Below are positions 1-13,499 of a DNA stretch of 64,000 nt, piece after piece. The notes under the pieces were generated by a model. It saw only the letters and a program-made list of their open reading frames with translations. It did not search any database and was not told where the DNA came from. Numbering within the stretch: position 1 is the first letter of the stretch; each line of letters begins with the position of its first letter. A program made the translations under genes and the position numbers. This stretch comes from Cercozoa sp. M6MM (lineage: Eukaryota > Protista > Endomyxa: Ascetosporea), in assembly GCA_040357565.1 (NCBI GenBank), contig JBDODJ010000027.1. One strand, 5' to 3'.

Positions 1-337
1 TATTTTTCAATCGGAGCAGATATATAAAAAACACTGTGCAGTCGAAGAACATGAGCGCAGCTTTGTACATGCGTTGCTCAAGGCGCGCGCACTACCGCTT
101 GAGATACTCGACTTGTCGCAGCATACTTCGCCTGCACATTTGACCGCGACTGCTTCGATAATACAGTGCGAAACACAACGGCTGCTTCGCGAAAACACTG
201 CGTTTGTCGCACGACTCGTCCGACCCAGTGCTGCAACAGCCGAAGACGAAGAAAACCAACACGTTGTGACCGCATTGCTGTTGCCACACTGCTGCGATGA
301 TGTCGCCAGCGTTATTGCCGAATACTGCTTGGAGTAG
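1..337 (+). CDS. 3' end of a hypothetical protein (partial, begins upstream of window)
   Basis: Open frame ending ...TALLLPHCCDDVASVIAEYCLE* at TAG 335-337; no family recognised. Confidence 0.5.
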   Translation, partial: IFQSEQIYKKHCAVEEHERSFVHALLKARALPLEILDLSQHTSPAHLTATASIIQCETQRLLRENTAFVARLVRPSAATAEDEENQHVVTALLLPHCCDDVASVIAEYCLE

Positions 338-707
338 TGTTCGTGCCGCCGCGACCGGCAAAATTGGTTGCTTCAAAATGTTCCACTAGTTTGAGTTTCT
401 CGTTTGTTGAGGGCGGACAGGATCGAATTGAACAAACTGTCCAATGACGTATACCGTAAATATTGCCACCGTGCCACGGTGAGTCAGCGTAAAGTGCTGT
501 AGTTCGGTTGTGTTGCGCATGCCAACCGACGTCAACTAAAGTTGGTCGCGTTCAGTTGGTCGGATGCGATGCGATGTATGGTATAATTATTGCGATGCCT
601 GCAGTTGAAATTGGAAGGAATAAATCAAAACCAGCGCTAGATAGCGGCATCAAACGTGCATCGCATGCACGGCAACGCAAATAGCTAGCGTAGCGTGGGG
701 CTGGAGC

Positions 708-2325
708 CTACGTATCCCACAACCACGAAGACTTCGACGACGAGGATGAGGCTGATCTGGCGGAATATGCACCCTCCATTTGCGACTGATCCGGTGAACG
801 CACATCCAAGGAGTGGCTGCTAGCCCGATCACCACCGTTTTTGTCGAATGTGAGATCGTTGACCTTCCATAAATCAGTATCGACGACAAGGGACGGTTTT
901 TGTGCTGATCCTGATGATGTTTCTGACCGTGTTCTTGATGACAGCGTAGGTCGCTGTGTTGGCGCACTCCCGTGCAGCGATTCCACCGAAACACCCCACC
1001 TGACGAACACACACACACACACACATGCTACGTGTTTTATCTGTGTGTATATTATTGAGTATACATTGGGTGCGAGTTCAAGTCATTGGTGAGAGACAAC
1101 GGCACAGGTGTTTCCGAGTGACTGTACGGCTGCGCCTGTTCAAGCTGCTTCTGCAACTGCGCCGCCCTCTCTGATTCCTTGCTGGCCTGCACAAAGGTGA
1201 TATTGATGTGCACAGACAGAAACAGGCACAGGAGCAGGTTAACCTGTGTTTGTGAACGTCGCAGCGCGCCCTTGGACTGCAGTAACTGTTCACGCAGCTC
1301 CGTCGTAGTTTCTCTCTCCTGCCAATACAAACAACCCAGGATGCAGAAGTCTAAGGATTTGAGGAGAAGTGTCGTAGGCAACAAAAGTACTCGCTGCAGC
1401 TGCTCAGTGAATCGCTGGATCTCCTCGACAGCGTACAAGGCGTCTTCTTCCAGTTGTTGCTTCTTCTACAGATACATAAAGTGGACAGGCAAAAGGAGCA
1501 ACGGTAGAAGTAAAGGCAAAAATACAAGCGAAATATCATTAAGCTGAGCAGTCGTCTCGGCGAGTTTGATTTCCAAAATCACCCTCCTCGACTTTTCCTC
1601 GTTCAAGTTGCTCCGCAGGCTTTCGATTTCTTTAGTCGGCTGAGTCGATACTGTTTGCATTCTCGCTGTTTCAGAACGACGCATAGCGTCAGAGAAAGTA
1701 GTGTCAAGAGACAGAAGCAAACAAGTACCACTAAATAGAGCCTCTGAGCTCCTGCGATTCTCCAATCTGAGTTGCGTGATTTCGTCGCGTAGGCTTTTGT
1801 TATCGCAGCGCAACTCGTCATTCTGGTCTAGCAAATCGTCGACTTCAGGCGACTCATCCATCGCTATGTTTTCAAGCTTGGCTGAACACAAGTTTCAAGC
1901 ATCGTTGTCAACACGAAAACGACAAGATTAAAAAGTCAAATCTAAGTTTACCTCGCACGAGTTGGGAAGCGAAACGACGATTCTCAAGTTCGAGCTTTGC
2001 ATAACGTGCGCGCAATTCGTCTAACTTAAAACGCAGCTCGTTCAACTCTTCCTCATAATGCTCGGTCAGCGGAGTGCTTGCGTGGAAACTGTTCGTCATG
2101 TCGAAACCATGTGCGTCGTTTCCGTGTTCGCTGGCATCGCTGGTTTCGCTCAGATCGTCCGGTTGAGGCACGAAAACAGCACTCCCAACGTCTAAACCAG
2201 CACGTGGTGCGAAGGACTTGCCGTGATTTACCTCTTATCACCAGCATGTAGAGGTAGTCAATCTCGCGGTGCGGGCGAAAAATCATTGTACCTGATGGAA
2301 GAAAACTAGCGGCAGAAACGTCCAT
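708..2325 (-). CDS. Multi-exon coiled-coil hypothetical protein
   Basis: Heptad-rich exons (YEEELNELRFKLDELRARYAKLELEN; LLDQNDELRCDNKSLRDEITQLRLEN) separated by GT-AG introns; last exon ends ...SKSSWLWDT*. Start is approximate. Confidence 0.6.
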
Positions 2326-2502
2326 GGGACTCGCCCAATGGTATGCACACGTACTAGCACTGGCCAGCTTTGTCCGTAGGCGCTGTTAGCTCTTGCGATT
2401 TGTACAGTACAGAATATTAAAAGTCTTTCGCGGGAAAACACAACATTAAGAAAACGACGCAACGCCTACAGTGACACTCGTTCGGTTACACCGCACACAC
2501 AT

Positions 2503-2755
2503 TTACGCGATGGAAGCCGAGCTGCTCCTGGCCGAGCTGGTGTCACTGTGCTCACTTTCACTCGGCGACTCGTCAACCGAGTGCAGGCGCTCGCGTTGGT
2601 TTTCCTCGATGGCCGCCAAGGCACTAGTGGCATTAGTCGGGTCAAATATTATATATATATATATATATATATAATTCAGTTACCTCTCGAGGGATTGGCG
2701 GGCCACGACGTCGAGTGACTCTTGCTGCAACTCCTGCGGTGTCTGCGACATACAC

Positions 2756-2820
<65 letters not shown>

Positions 2821-5800
2821 TCAAGGGCACACACCTGTCGAACAGGAGCAGGAGCTGTCAGGTCGTCATCGCATGGGTCCCGGACGCCTGCACAATCGAG
2901 TAATCATTCACGCACTCGTTCTGTCACAAGAATATGACAGGTGTGCTACGAGAGAAGACGTTGTCCTTCTTGCCACGGTTCACCTTGTCCCAACTGAAAC
3001 GCGGGGAGGGGATTCCGACAGCAAAGCAAAAACAGTAAGAACGAAGACAGAGCAGTACACAATGAACGACGTACGTTGCTTTCGCATCGGCTTAGACGGC
3101 GAGTACGGCGTAGCCTTCACAGAGAGGAGTAAAAGCAGGGGGTAACCAAACTGTCGTACCTGAGCCTCGTGGTGTTCGTCGCTGTTATCAACTTTCTGCG
3201 CCTCGACCAATTCATCTGACCGAAACGAGGACATTGGGGGTAAAACTATAGAGGTCCACACCAATGTACCGTGCGAAGGAGGTTCAAAAATCGTCGTATT
3301 CAATCCTTTCTCGCCGTGCCTCTCTAACGACAGATTGAATTATGGATGGGGTAAGGAGGGGGGGGGGTGGTAAACTGGGTATACTCGTAGCTGCGCTCTC
3401 TTGTTGCTGCTGCTGCTGCTCGCCCTCCTTGCTGTCCTCGTCCTGCTCGATCGTCTCCGAAATGGCTGCCAATTCGGCCACACGTTCTGGTGCGATGCCT
3501 GTACGGGGGGAGGGGGTAAAGGGAGGTGTAAAGGTAGAAGATCAAGAGTACCCATGTCGAGAGCGATACGAGTGTAGCGACGCACACGCACGAAATTCTT
3601 CACATCTGATAGCAGCGACGTGCGGTCCCTGTATACAAAGATTCTTAGCTTTTACCCTCCCCGGAAGTCAAGATGTAGTGTATTGATACTGTCGGCCGAC
3701 AACGACATTCGACGTTCGGTAGAGTTCGGTGGCACACTTGGCCAGGCGTTGCAGATCGTCCTGTGTTGCCACCAGTCAGTCCAGTCAAAGTAAAATTCTT
3801 TTCCCGTCTCTCTCGAATGAAAACCAACCTCGACAGTGCAGGCCTTCCTGACTGATCTGGCCGCCGCCATCAGTCTGCTCATGAGACGTCGGGTTAATGG
3901 GCAGGGGGTTGGGTAGGGGGTGAACAGCTACCGTTCGGCAAGCTGATCCGTGCTGAGTTTCGTCACGCCGCGTTTCGCAATCAGTTTCGACAACTCGCGA
4001 ATCAGCTGCAGGTCCGGTGTACGGCCTGTCCACATATATATATATATAGTACAAATATACTGCTGCATCAATGTACAAACTGGATGTACAATGAACCAAT
4101 ACGTGCAAAGGTACCTTCGAGGAGTCGCAGGAAAGCACTCAGTTTGAAAAAGAAAACAGCGTCGCTCTCGGCGCGCTGCTGGATGCGCTGCATCTTGCTC
4201 TGCTCCGAGCGACTGAAGCCTGCGCGTGCGGTACATGTGTACACGGGTGACAGTTGTATAGGTCCATTTGTACCTCGTGTGACCGAGTTGAGTTCTTGTA
4301 CTTTAAGCACATTGACAAGGAGGTCCACAACCTGTCCTCGACATAAAATTGGAGTTCGTGAGTGGGTAAGGTGCACAGACTACCTTCTTGACCAGTCTAA
4401 GGTCCTCACTGCGTCCTACACGTGCAGCACACATGTGCAGCCCAGATGTGCAGTCCAGACGTACAGTTCAAATGAACAGCGGCGAAGAAACGCAAGGTAC
4501 CGTCGTGGAAGTGAACCCCGCACGCGAGCACCTGTCGAATCGGACTCGTCGATGGCACGTCCAGTGGCGGTCCCTATCCGCGCGGATCATCAGCAAAATC
4601 AACACCGAGGGGGAGAAATCACCGGCTGACCGCGGTGCCTGGCCGGGCGGAACAGCACGAGTTCCTCGATCACGAGCAACAGCTCGTGAAAGGCGTTCCA
4701 CACCGACGCACTCGTGCTATCGCGCAGCTCCAAAAAACTGCTCGTGACGCGATTCACGATCGAAAACAGCATCTACACAGATGGACGTACGGATATACCG
4801 AGACACATATCTATAACAGATAAAGGTACAGATAAACATATCTATATATATAAACGGAGATACAGATAAACATAGATATACAGATAAACATAGATATACA
4901 GATAAACATAGATATACAGATAAACNNNNNNNNNNTACAGATAAACATAGATATACAGATAAACATAGATATACAGATAAACGTAGATATACAGATAAAC
5001 ATATAGATAAATATCTATACAGATATACATATACAGATAATACAGATAGACATAGACACAGATGAACATATGCAGATGAATATGTACAGAAAAACGTTAT
5101 ACAAGAGGATATACCAGACGAGCGACGCGCATGGAGGCCACGTTCCATGACCAGAAGAACTCGATGGCCGACAACGTGCGCAGCAGCAGGAAGCGCATCG
5201 GCCCCAGTTGTGCCGCGCCCTTAAATGCCGCTTTAATCTCTTTCTGTGCCAACCAATACGGTTGGTTTAGTCAAAGGAGAGATACACCACAATGTACCTG
5301 CAGGGGTTTGTTGAGCATGACGGCAAAGTGCGATTCCACAAACAGCGTCATCAGCAGTCCAAACAGGCGGAACTCATCGTCCTCTGTTCCTTACACATAC
5401 ACACATACAAGAGAAACGGACACAGTAGAAAAAATAGAAACCGTCCGGGTCGGGCTGCACCCACACATTGCGACGCAAAAGACCCTACAGAAGGAAAGCA
5501 CGCAGGGGTGAGTGCGCGCGCGCGTGTGTGTGTGTGTGCAAAGCGTGGTGGCACCAACAAGTAGGGCTGAAAGTTCTTCTCCAGCACGAGTGCACGAATG
5601 ATGTGCTTGCCCTGTCCCATGGCGATGGGCACCACGAGGTACTGCTCGATCACGTAGATCCAGTGCGCGCGCGGCAGTAGCTCCATCACTTGGAAGAAGA
5701 GCTTGACGTCGGGCCGCTCGCTGCGCGCCAGCTCGAGCTCGTTGAAAAACTGCTCGTCATCCGGCGACAGCGGTGATCGCTTCACTGCCAGCAGTCAACA

Positions 5801-6206
5801 ACAAACAAATGAATGCAAGCGACCAACACAACAGATGAATGCAACGGATGAATACAACAGACGAATACAACAAATGAATACAACAGAAGATTAAGACGTA
5901 TATAACAGATGAATACAGAAACAATCACAAGAAGAAACGCACATTTGCCACGCTGCCGCTTTCGACGCAATTCGGCACGAGCCTGGAGTTCGGAGTCGTC
6001 GTTCTTGCGGCGCAGCATCGGAACCGAGCCATCCTCCTGAACCTCACAAACATCACTTCGTGTTCCCCGCGTGAAAGAAGAACAGAAAGTACCCCAACAG
6101 CACTGCGCACGTTGGCACGAGTGCGTAGCTCACGATTGGACTCGAGAGTCGCCGCGCGGCTCCTCAGCGACTGCGATTCCGACACCGAGTCGCTCCCAGT
6201 AGACAT
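2503..6206 (-). CDS. Large multi-exon hypothetical protein
   Basis: Coding-like exons (KRSPLSPDDEQFFNELELAR..., MLFSIVNRVTSSFLELRD..., SRLMAAARSVRKACTVEVGF...) joined by GT-AG introns; final exon ALAAIEENQRERL...SSASIA* (TAA 2505-2503). Confidence 0.6.
4830..5090. repeat. Intronic 18-bp minisatellite (TACAGATAAACATAGATA)n with an assembly gap
   Basis: Directly visible tandem units, degenerate at the edges, with an N-run inside. Confidence 0.9.
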
Positions 6207-6512
6207 TTTCTGCAGCCACCGGGAAAGGGGACACCCGCACGTACAGGCACCTCAGTAAATCAGTTGATGCAAATGGTGACGCACACAAGCTCGTGCCTGT
6301 TGCTTACGCGAGAAACTCGTAGCGATAGGAACTTGATCAAAGACTCAGGCAGAAAAAAAAGGAATCTTTCTTGAGCTTTTGGTTAATTAGACAGGCTCCG
6401 CGCGTGGTTCTGGTAAGTTTATGGGGGGTTAGTCTGTGTCAGAACATGTTTTATCTTCCATTTGCCACGGCAGAATTTTACGCGATCGGCGCACTGGTGG
6501 TGGTGTCAAAGC

Positions 6513-8118
6513 ATGCCGCGTCTGTGTGAATATTGTCACGAGGCGCGCGCCCAAGTGCGACGTCCGCGAAATGGCGACAAAGTGTGCAAGGAGTGCTTCC
6601 TGCGTCGGTTTGAAGACGAGATTCATGAGGTGCGTTTCGCCTTTGTTTCAGCTGGGCAACACTGGTATCTTTTTGTCTTTCAAGGTGATTGTGGGCAATG
6701 AATTGCTCAAGCGCGGAGAACGCGTTGCTTTGGGCGCATCTGGTGGTACACCGGGGATTGTTTGAAGGTGTGTCTGGTGGTTTGATAGACCTCTATGTGC
6801 GCAGGCAAAGACAGCACTGTACTGGCGCACGTGCTGACTACGCTGAACGAGCGGCACGACTACGGCGTCGAGTTGCTCTTGCTCTCAATTGACGAGGGCA
6901 TTCGCGGCTACCGCGACGATTCTTTGGCCACGGTTGCTCGCAACCAAGTGCGTTGTGTCTCTCCTCTCTCGTTCGTGCTGTTGTTCTATGCGTTGCACAG
7001 GAGCAGTACCAGCTGCCTCTGCACGTGCTGAGTTACAAGGACCTCTATGGCGTCACAATGGACGACATTGTCGCCCAAGCAGGCGTGCGAAGTAGCTGCA
7101 CGTTTTGCGGTGTGCTAAGGCGACAGGTAGTGAATTTTTTAACACCTACGGACGTTCTGTGTCTCTATGTGGTTTACAGGCACTCGACAGGGGAGCAGTG
7201 CAAATTGGAGTGACCAAGCTGGCTACAGGTGCATGCTTCTGTCTTTGGATACGAGAAGTTTGTGTTTGTGTACCCTGCCTATATTTCTGATAGGCCACAA
7301 CGCCGATGATGTGGCCGAGACGGTACTGATGAATCTGCTTCGAGGTGATATCGCTCGCCTGGTCCGTTGCACCGACATTGTCACCGGCGCGGCCGCGCAA
7401 GACGGCGGTGATGACGTTGTACGCTGGCTTGCTTTGTCTGTTTTGTCTTCACTCTCTCTCTCACACACTCCTTTGCTCTTCGTTGTCGTAGTTCGCGTCA
7501 ATTCCGCGCATCAAGCCGTTCAAATACGCCTACGAAAAGGAGATTGTCATGTACGCGTACTTCCTGAAACTGGACTACTTCAGCACCGAATGCACTTACG
7601 CGCCCGAGTCCTACAGAGGTACCTTTGCTGGTTTTTCTTGTGTTTTTCTGTTGCACTGTTTCATAGGATACCCGCGAATTCTCGTGAAGAACCTTGAAAG
7701 GTGACCTTGCTGGAAGAAGGCTGTCTCGGCTTGTTGAATATGAGCTTTTGTGCGTAGGCACAACAGCGCAGCCATCTTGGATGTTATCAGGAGTGCCGAA
7801 CACATGCGACTGCCGTGCAAGGTGCGTGTCTTACTTGTTGAGACAGTACGCAAGCTTACCGTTCCTTCCTGGCTTACGTAGACAAAGCAGGAGCGGCCGC
7901 AGATGATGCGATGTGCCAAGTGTGGCTACCTGACGTCACGACAGGTCTGCAAGGCGTGCATGCTGCTCGAGGGCATTCGGACAGGACAAACGCGCTCAGC
8001 GCTCACCAAGGGGGTGTCGGTTCCCACCATTGAGTCAGCGGACAGTGCCAACAACACCGCCTCCTGCAGTAAGCCCGGCTGCTCCGGCTCGTCTGGCGAT
8101 GACTGCACGAGTTGGTAG
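6513..8118 (+). CDS. CTU1: Cytoplasmic tRNA 2-thiolation protein 1 (Ncs6/CTU1)
   Basis: Spliced product has an N-terminal CxxC...CxxC, PP-loop [42 protein letters not shown] and C-terminal CAKCGY..CKAC. Confidence 0.95.
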
Positions 8119-8228
8119 TTTCGCGATCGTCCGCGCCGGTTGGTTCGATTCGCGACATCGGTTGCTTATGGGCTTCTAGACACCGACCTAGACTCTTGTG
8201 TCGAAATAGACTGAACTAACTAACTTAG

Positions 8229-9825
8229 CTAGCTCAGCTGTGGCAATTTCATCTCACCCGCCTGGCCCGAGCGCTGCTTTTTCTGCGGTGGCTGTTGCAA
8301 CTGGGCATACCACTCAGGCAACGTATCGTGCGTGTATCCATAGTCGACAAGAAGCTCTTCGTCTTTGTCGACAGCGCGTGTGGTTCGAATGCCTGGGCAG
8401 ATACCCAGACAGGCAAAAGAGAAAAGGGCTGAACATACATTTGATGTCGCCAAAGCGCGGGTGGAAGCACAGGTCATAGGCCGCGTTCTGCCGGCGGGTG
8501 CAGTGATTGGCAAAGTGGCCCAGAGACGCGTTGTAAGCAGACGTTTGCGCCTGAAAGTTCCACCACACACGCTCGATCCATTCAGTACGAAGTACAAGTC
8601 AAACTTCTACCAAATGAGCAGGCACATCAATGACAATCTCGTTATTCAGCGTGATTGTATTGCCGTTCAACGACCAATCTCGCTCGTCCACTACACACAT
8701 AAGTAATTGCACAGGCAGGCATCACAATCGATCTGCAAACACCACACACCTTCCTGGTGAGTGAGTCGCACACCGTTGTAAAACGATGCTATCTCATTCG
8801 CTTCCAGCGGTCTCCTGCACGTCTCGGGTATTGCAGGACAAACCTCGGCACACAAGACCGACAGTACTTGGCAAAAAGGCCGAAACCGGCGCCTGGGATT
8901 GTCGAAGGCGCCACGTAAACACGTTTTTGTTCGTACCTACAAACACACAAACCTGAAATAAACAAGAAAATCAAAGCGCAGTGCACATGTCAGGCAGCAG
9001 TGGATTTGAGCTGATGCGCGAATCGGTGGCCTCATCGAACGAGATACAGCCCTTCTCTTTTTCTTCCTTCTCTTTCCCTCCCTTCTTTTCTACAGCGAGT
9101 TCACACCGTAACACACCCACATAGACCCACCCTCTCCAGGAACCGAGGTACCATTCTCTTCGATTCGCTCGTACAACTGTTCGACAAACGAAGCATTCTC
9201 AAAGTCGCCTTCCTCGTTCAGTATGCCTGTGTATGCAAGTTTAACAACGACACACCAACGAGTTCGGCGCTGTACCCACAAGTGTATCAACAACACGGCC
9301 ATGCTTGTGCTGTTGTGGATACACGTAGGTGGCCGCACTGCCTGGAACTACATCACCACCGTCGAAGATGGCGTATATTTCACCACCGTCAGCCAGATAG
9401 ATCGTTCCCTAATACACACACGTATCCACAGTCGATGTCCCAGGCTACGTGTCGGTATTCAGCACCCTGCCATGCCGATCCGAGCCAGACATCCCGCCTT
9501 TGTATAACAAGACATCCTCGCCACTGTATTCTTCAGCACTCGTGTCTTGGAGTTCATCGTCCTCAAACATCCCTGCGTAAACTTCAACAACATCGCCTTC
9601 CTCGTCATAGCACTCCAAGCGGCCCTTGCCTTGCCGAGTTCCCTGCAAGTCGTGGTCATCGCATCTTCGCCACGCGTGCAGTTATTTTTGGATTCTTACC
9701 TGAAAAAAATGTCCGCGGTACACTTGTGCGAGCATCCCGTCGACAGAGACACGTTGCACCCCTACTCCGTGCGGCAGCTCCTCCGTATTCAACTCACCTT
9801 CATATTCTGCAGATATCTCCGACAT
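8229..9825 (-). CDS. SETD7: SET7/9-like lysine methyltransferase (MORN repeats + SET domain)
   Basis: MORN-like YEGELNTEELPHGVG; VYVAPSTIPGAGFGLFAK; LGHFANH; HPRFGDIK|CIRTTRAVDKDEELLVDYGY...PEWY. Confidence 0.8.
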
Positions 9826-9913
9826 TTTCCCGTCGGCATACAATTCCTTCGACCTAATATAAACTAAGCCGAAAGTAGTGGGCCACGCCCGATCAACTCT
9901 AAATGCGCCAGTT

Positions 9914-9927
9914 CTACTGTACAGTAG
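9914..9927. promoter_or_regulatory. Palindrome CTACTGTACAGTAG in the divergent SETD7/RPB5 promoter; candidate cis-element (TACAGTA core)
   Basis: Perfect 14-bp palindrome; core recurs in intergenic DNA near 2403, 16413, 16422, 21662, 35769, 42034, 46547, 52121, 52211. Confidence 0.45.
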
Positions 9928-10064
9928 ATGAGGTTTTGTTTTGTCTACTGGGCGCTCGCTTAATTGTAGTCAATTCGCGCACGAAAAGTGTCGAGAAGCG
10001 CTGTGAGACACTCAAGGAGTGTGGCAACTCATCTGCGCGGTGAACGATTAACCCTACTGGCACA

Positions 10065-11132
10065 ATGTCTGAGCACACAGCTCGTCGCTTGTGGCGCGTC
10101 CGGAGGACATGTTTTGAGGTAAAAAACAGAGATGTTGTGTGCTGTGATGTGTATGTGTGTATGTGTGTGTGTTTAATTAATATCGAGTGTCTTGGCACAC
10201 AGATGCTGCGCGATCGCGGCTACAGCGTGGCGCCTGAGCAGTTGGATTGCGATCTGGAAACTTTCGTGGAGGTACCTTTCGGTGGTCGGGTTTTGTGTTT
10301 TGGTGGATCCATGTGAGCAGGAGTACGGCACGAATCCCGATGCGAGTCGACTGACGATAGGTAGCTTTTTGAGCAATCAAAGTGGGAAACGGTTTAAATG
10401 AGACCTGTTTGATTGAATACAGTGAGCAACAAGCTCGACGACGAAAACGACATGATTGCCGTGTTCTTCGACAGCAGCGAGAAGCTCAAGTGAGTCTTCA
10501 GAAAATTCTCCATCCACTGTGTTTGTGTGTGTGTGTTTGTGTGTGTGTGTTGCAGTCAGCATTCTCTGTTTCTACTTGAGTGTTCAGGATTCAGTCGATC
10601 AAGGGCTTTGTCGAGTCGATGAAGAGCAAGAAGATTCAGGCCGGTATCGTGGTGGTGCGCGAGGCCATCACGCCGGTTGCCAAGAAGGTCTTCACGGAAC
10701 TGGAGGAGCAGCTGCATCTGGAGGCCTTCTTCGAGGTGCACACGCTTTTGTGTTTCTCGTCTTTTTTGTGGTTTTCGCACTTGTTTTTTTTTTGTAAATA
10801 CAGCGAGAACTTGTGATCAACATCACGCAACACGAGCTGGTGCCGCAACACGTGCTGTTGTCGCCGTCCGAGAAGGAGACGCTGCTGCAGAAGTACCACT
10901 TGAAGGACACGCAGCTCCCGCGTATCCAGAAGTTGGACCCGGTGGCGCGCTACTTTGGCGCCAAGCGCGGTCAGGTACTCCGTCTCATCTGCCCAACCTG
11001 CCTCTTTCCTTCATGTGCCCTTCTCAATGACCTTCGAGACTGCACTCATATTCGCAATGCATACAGGTCTTCAAAATCGTGCGGCCTTCGGAAACGGCCG
11101 GTCGCTACGTCACCTACCGACTCGTCGTTTAA
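10065..11132 (+). CDS. RPB5: RNA polymerase I/II/III shared subunit RPB5
   Basis: [18 protein letters not shown]; [15 protein letters not shown]; [16 protein letters not shown]; [16 protein letters not shown]; 6 GT-AG introns. Confidence 0.97.
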
Positions 11133-11415
11133 CTGCGATTCAGGGAAAGACATCCGGCGCGATCAATGGGTGTGTGTTTGTCGGGGCTGAAGAGTCTTCA
11201 TTCAGCGCACCAGTTTCGGCTTAACGCTTCTAGAGTTACCTGTTCCGTTCGGTTCGTTTAGTTAAGCGAAGGTTGTTTGCTTCAAGCTCAGTTGCGTTAA
11301 GTGCAGTTCGTTGTTGTTCCAGGAGGTTTCAGTTTTTGTGAAGCGTTTTTCGTCCCGTCTCTTGAACTTGCGCGATTAGACTGCCCGTAGGCAGTGAATA
11401 AGTGTGCAGCCATTC

Positions 11416-12513
11416 ATGTGCCGCTTCTGCATCTATTTTGCGCCCTCTAGGCCAATAGCTTTGGCCGAATTAATCACACGTATTGTGGTTCAACTGAGAG
11501 TAATCACACGTATTTGAACGATGTGTATGATAGGACCGTCGCATTCTATCATTCGGCAGTCCTACCAATGTGAAGAACGCCTGACCTCGCATGGCATGCC
11601 AGCGTCGCTTAACGCAGATGGCTTTGGAATTGGTATCAAATGCGAGACTAAGGAACCTACACACTGTCTACTATTCTGGCCCAGGCTGGTACGTGGAAGA
11701 GAAAAAAGCAGCCGAAACAATTGATACGGTGTCAGTGAACGCCGCTGAAACCACGCGACTGGCCATCATGGTGCCGTTGGTGTACTTGTTGTGCAGGTGC
11801 AGCTGTATTGACCCGACCGAATGAATACAGGAACCAGAGGTGTTTGCGAAAGCCGTTCGAAAACAAGACGAACAATCCGCACGGACGCCCTGTGTGTTCA
11901 CGTCGACCGTACCTATGCTTTATCACAGCTCCACCTTTGCTTTGATGGGTGTACTGTACCAGTTGCCAGCTTGGAACAACCGCAACCTCTTTCGCTTGGC
12001 AGAGAAGGTAGTCAGGTGTGTCTGTTTTGTCTATTCACCGTCTCAGTCATTGTATAGCATTGTCTTGTATCTGCAAAGTCCGTTGTTTTTCGCGCACGTT
12101 CGCGCAGCTTCGTCGACAGCTTCAATCACGGGTACCTGTACACCCTTGTTTAGTTTACTTCATGCTGTATCGTTTCTACCGGCAGAAAGCAACTGCCATC
12201 CGTTCAATTTTGGCGCCTATCTTTTCCAGCACAATGGCATGGGTACTTTCGCTTCTAAAGTAAACGGGCAGCGCTCTTGCCAACAAGTTCATTTGGAACA
12301 GTTTGCAACTTTGCGCGAATGAAGCGTCAGATCCTGGCGGTTCTGCCCGACCAGGTACACTTTGTACTTAGCACTAGACACGCGGAAATGCAGAACAGTA
12401 TGCTGTGCTGGTAGGTGTTTGACTCATTGAGTGGAACGACCGATTCCGAGCACGCGTTTGCTTTGTTCTTGGCGCAACTCAAAGACTGGTATCTTATGTG
12501 TGCATGTGTGTGT

Positions 12514-12610
<97 letters not shown>

Positions 12611-13499
12611 TGTGTGTTGGAAGACTATGCGCATGTTTGGAACAACAGCACGGGTCTGACGGAAGGTGGTCGACTGACGCCGTTGCAGTTGTTTGCAGCG
12701 GTAGTTTTTCTCTGAACGCGTGTTTCGTTTGTCCCAAATGTGCTGCTGTGGTGACACAGGTGCGACGAGTCGTACGATACCTGCAAAAACTGCACCGGTC
12801 ACTCTCGCCGGAACCATCTGGTTCCTTGCTCAATTTTGCTGTCAGTGACGGTACATTCTGTCCTGCACAAGAAATGACGTGTGTAAACATAAATAAGGAA
12901 GGCATATCATGTGCAGGCCGCTCGCTGGTGGTCACACGATTTGCAGACACTCCGGATGACAAAGTAGTGTCTCCACCAGTTAATTGTAGTACTGTATAGT
13001 TTTGCAACTGTTAACAGGCCCAAGCTGCCAGCATGTACTTTTCGGTCGGCGCAGCTTTCGAACGAGACCGGTGCAGCTTCATTGTTAGCTCTTGCGGTCC
13101 GTCTCTTTGCACAGTACCCCCCCCCCCCCTGGCGGAACAAGCAACACACCGAGTACCGCATGACACAGGTAAAGTAGTCGCCCCTCTTTTTCCCTCTGTT
13201 CTGTCGAGTGTCGTTCAATTAGGACGCACGTGTCGAGGACGTCTGCATCGTGAGTAGCGAGCGACTCACCGGGGCACCGAACGACTGGACCGAGGTTCCA
13301 ACCAACCACGCGATCGTGGTGACTGGCAAACACGAGGGCACCATCGGTATTACCACCGAGTTGCTTTATGATTTGTTCGTATTGATACATTATGACTAAC
13401 GCAGACTGGCTGTTGATGCCGCTGCCGTACGATGGGACTGAGGACGCTGACTTGTCGCATGTTGGCATGTCGCCTCTCACCGAGCCGCGGATATTCTGA
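11416..13499 (+). CDS. Class II glutamine amidotransferase, DUG3/EgtC-like
   Basis: N-terminal MCRF (Cys nucleophile), NADGFGIGWY, PAWNNRNL, FFAHVRAAS, NCHPF, QHNG, GTTDSEHAFALF, LNFAVSDG, IVSSERLT. Confidence 0.88.

Noticed and set aside
4830-5090. Regular repeats as a possible CRISPR array (also 22090-22215 and 41070-41430)
   Set aside because: Tandem units without unique spacers, no cas genes, and a eukaryotic intronic or intergenic context.
9923-9937. 15-bp match AGTAGATGAGGTTTT to the LINE-like repeat body
   Set aside because: An isolated short match with no flanking collinearity; may be chance.
12327-13007. Long ORFs rich in HTHT/CVCV/YIYI (also near 24486, 37820, 41034, 42464, 63753)
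   Set aside because: These are translations of intronic dinucleotide microsatellites, not real metal-binding proteins.
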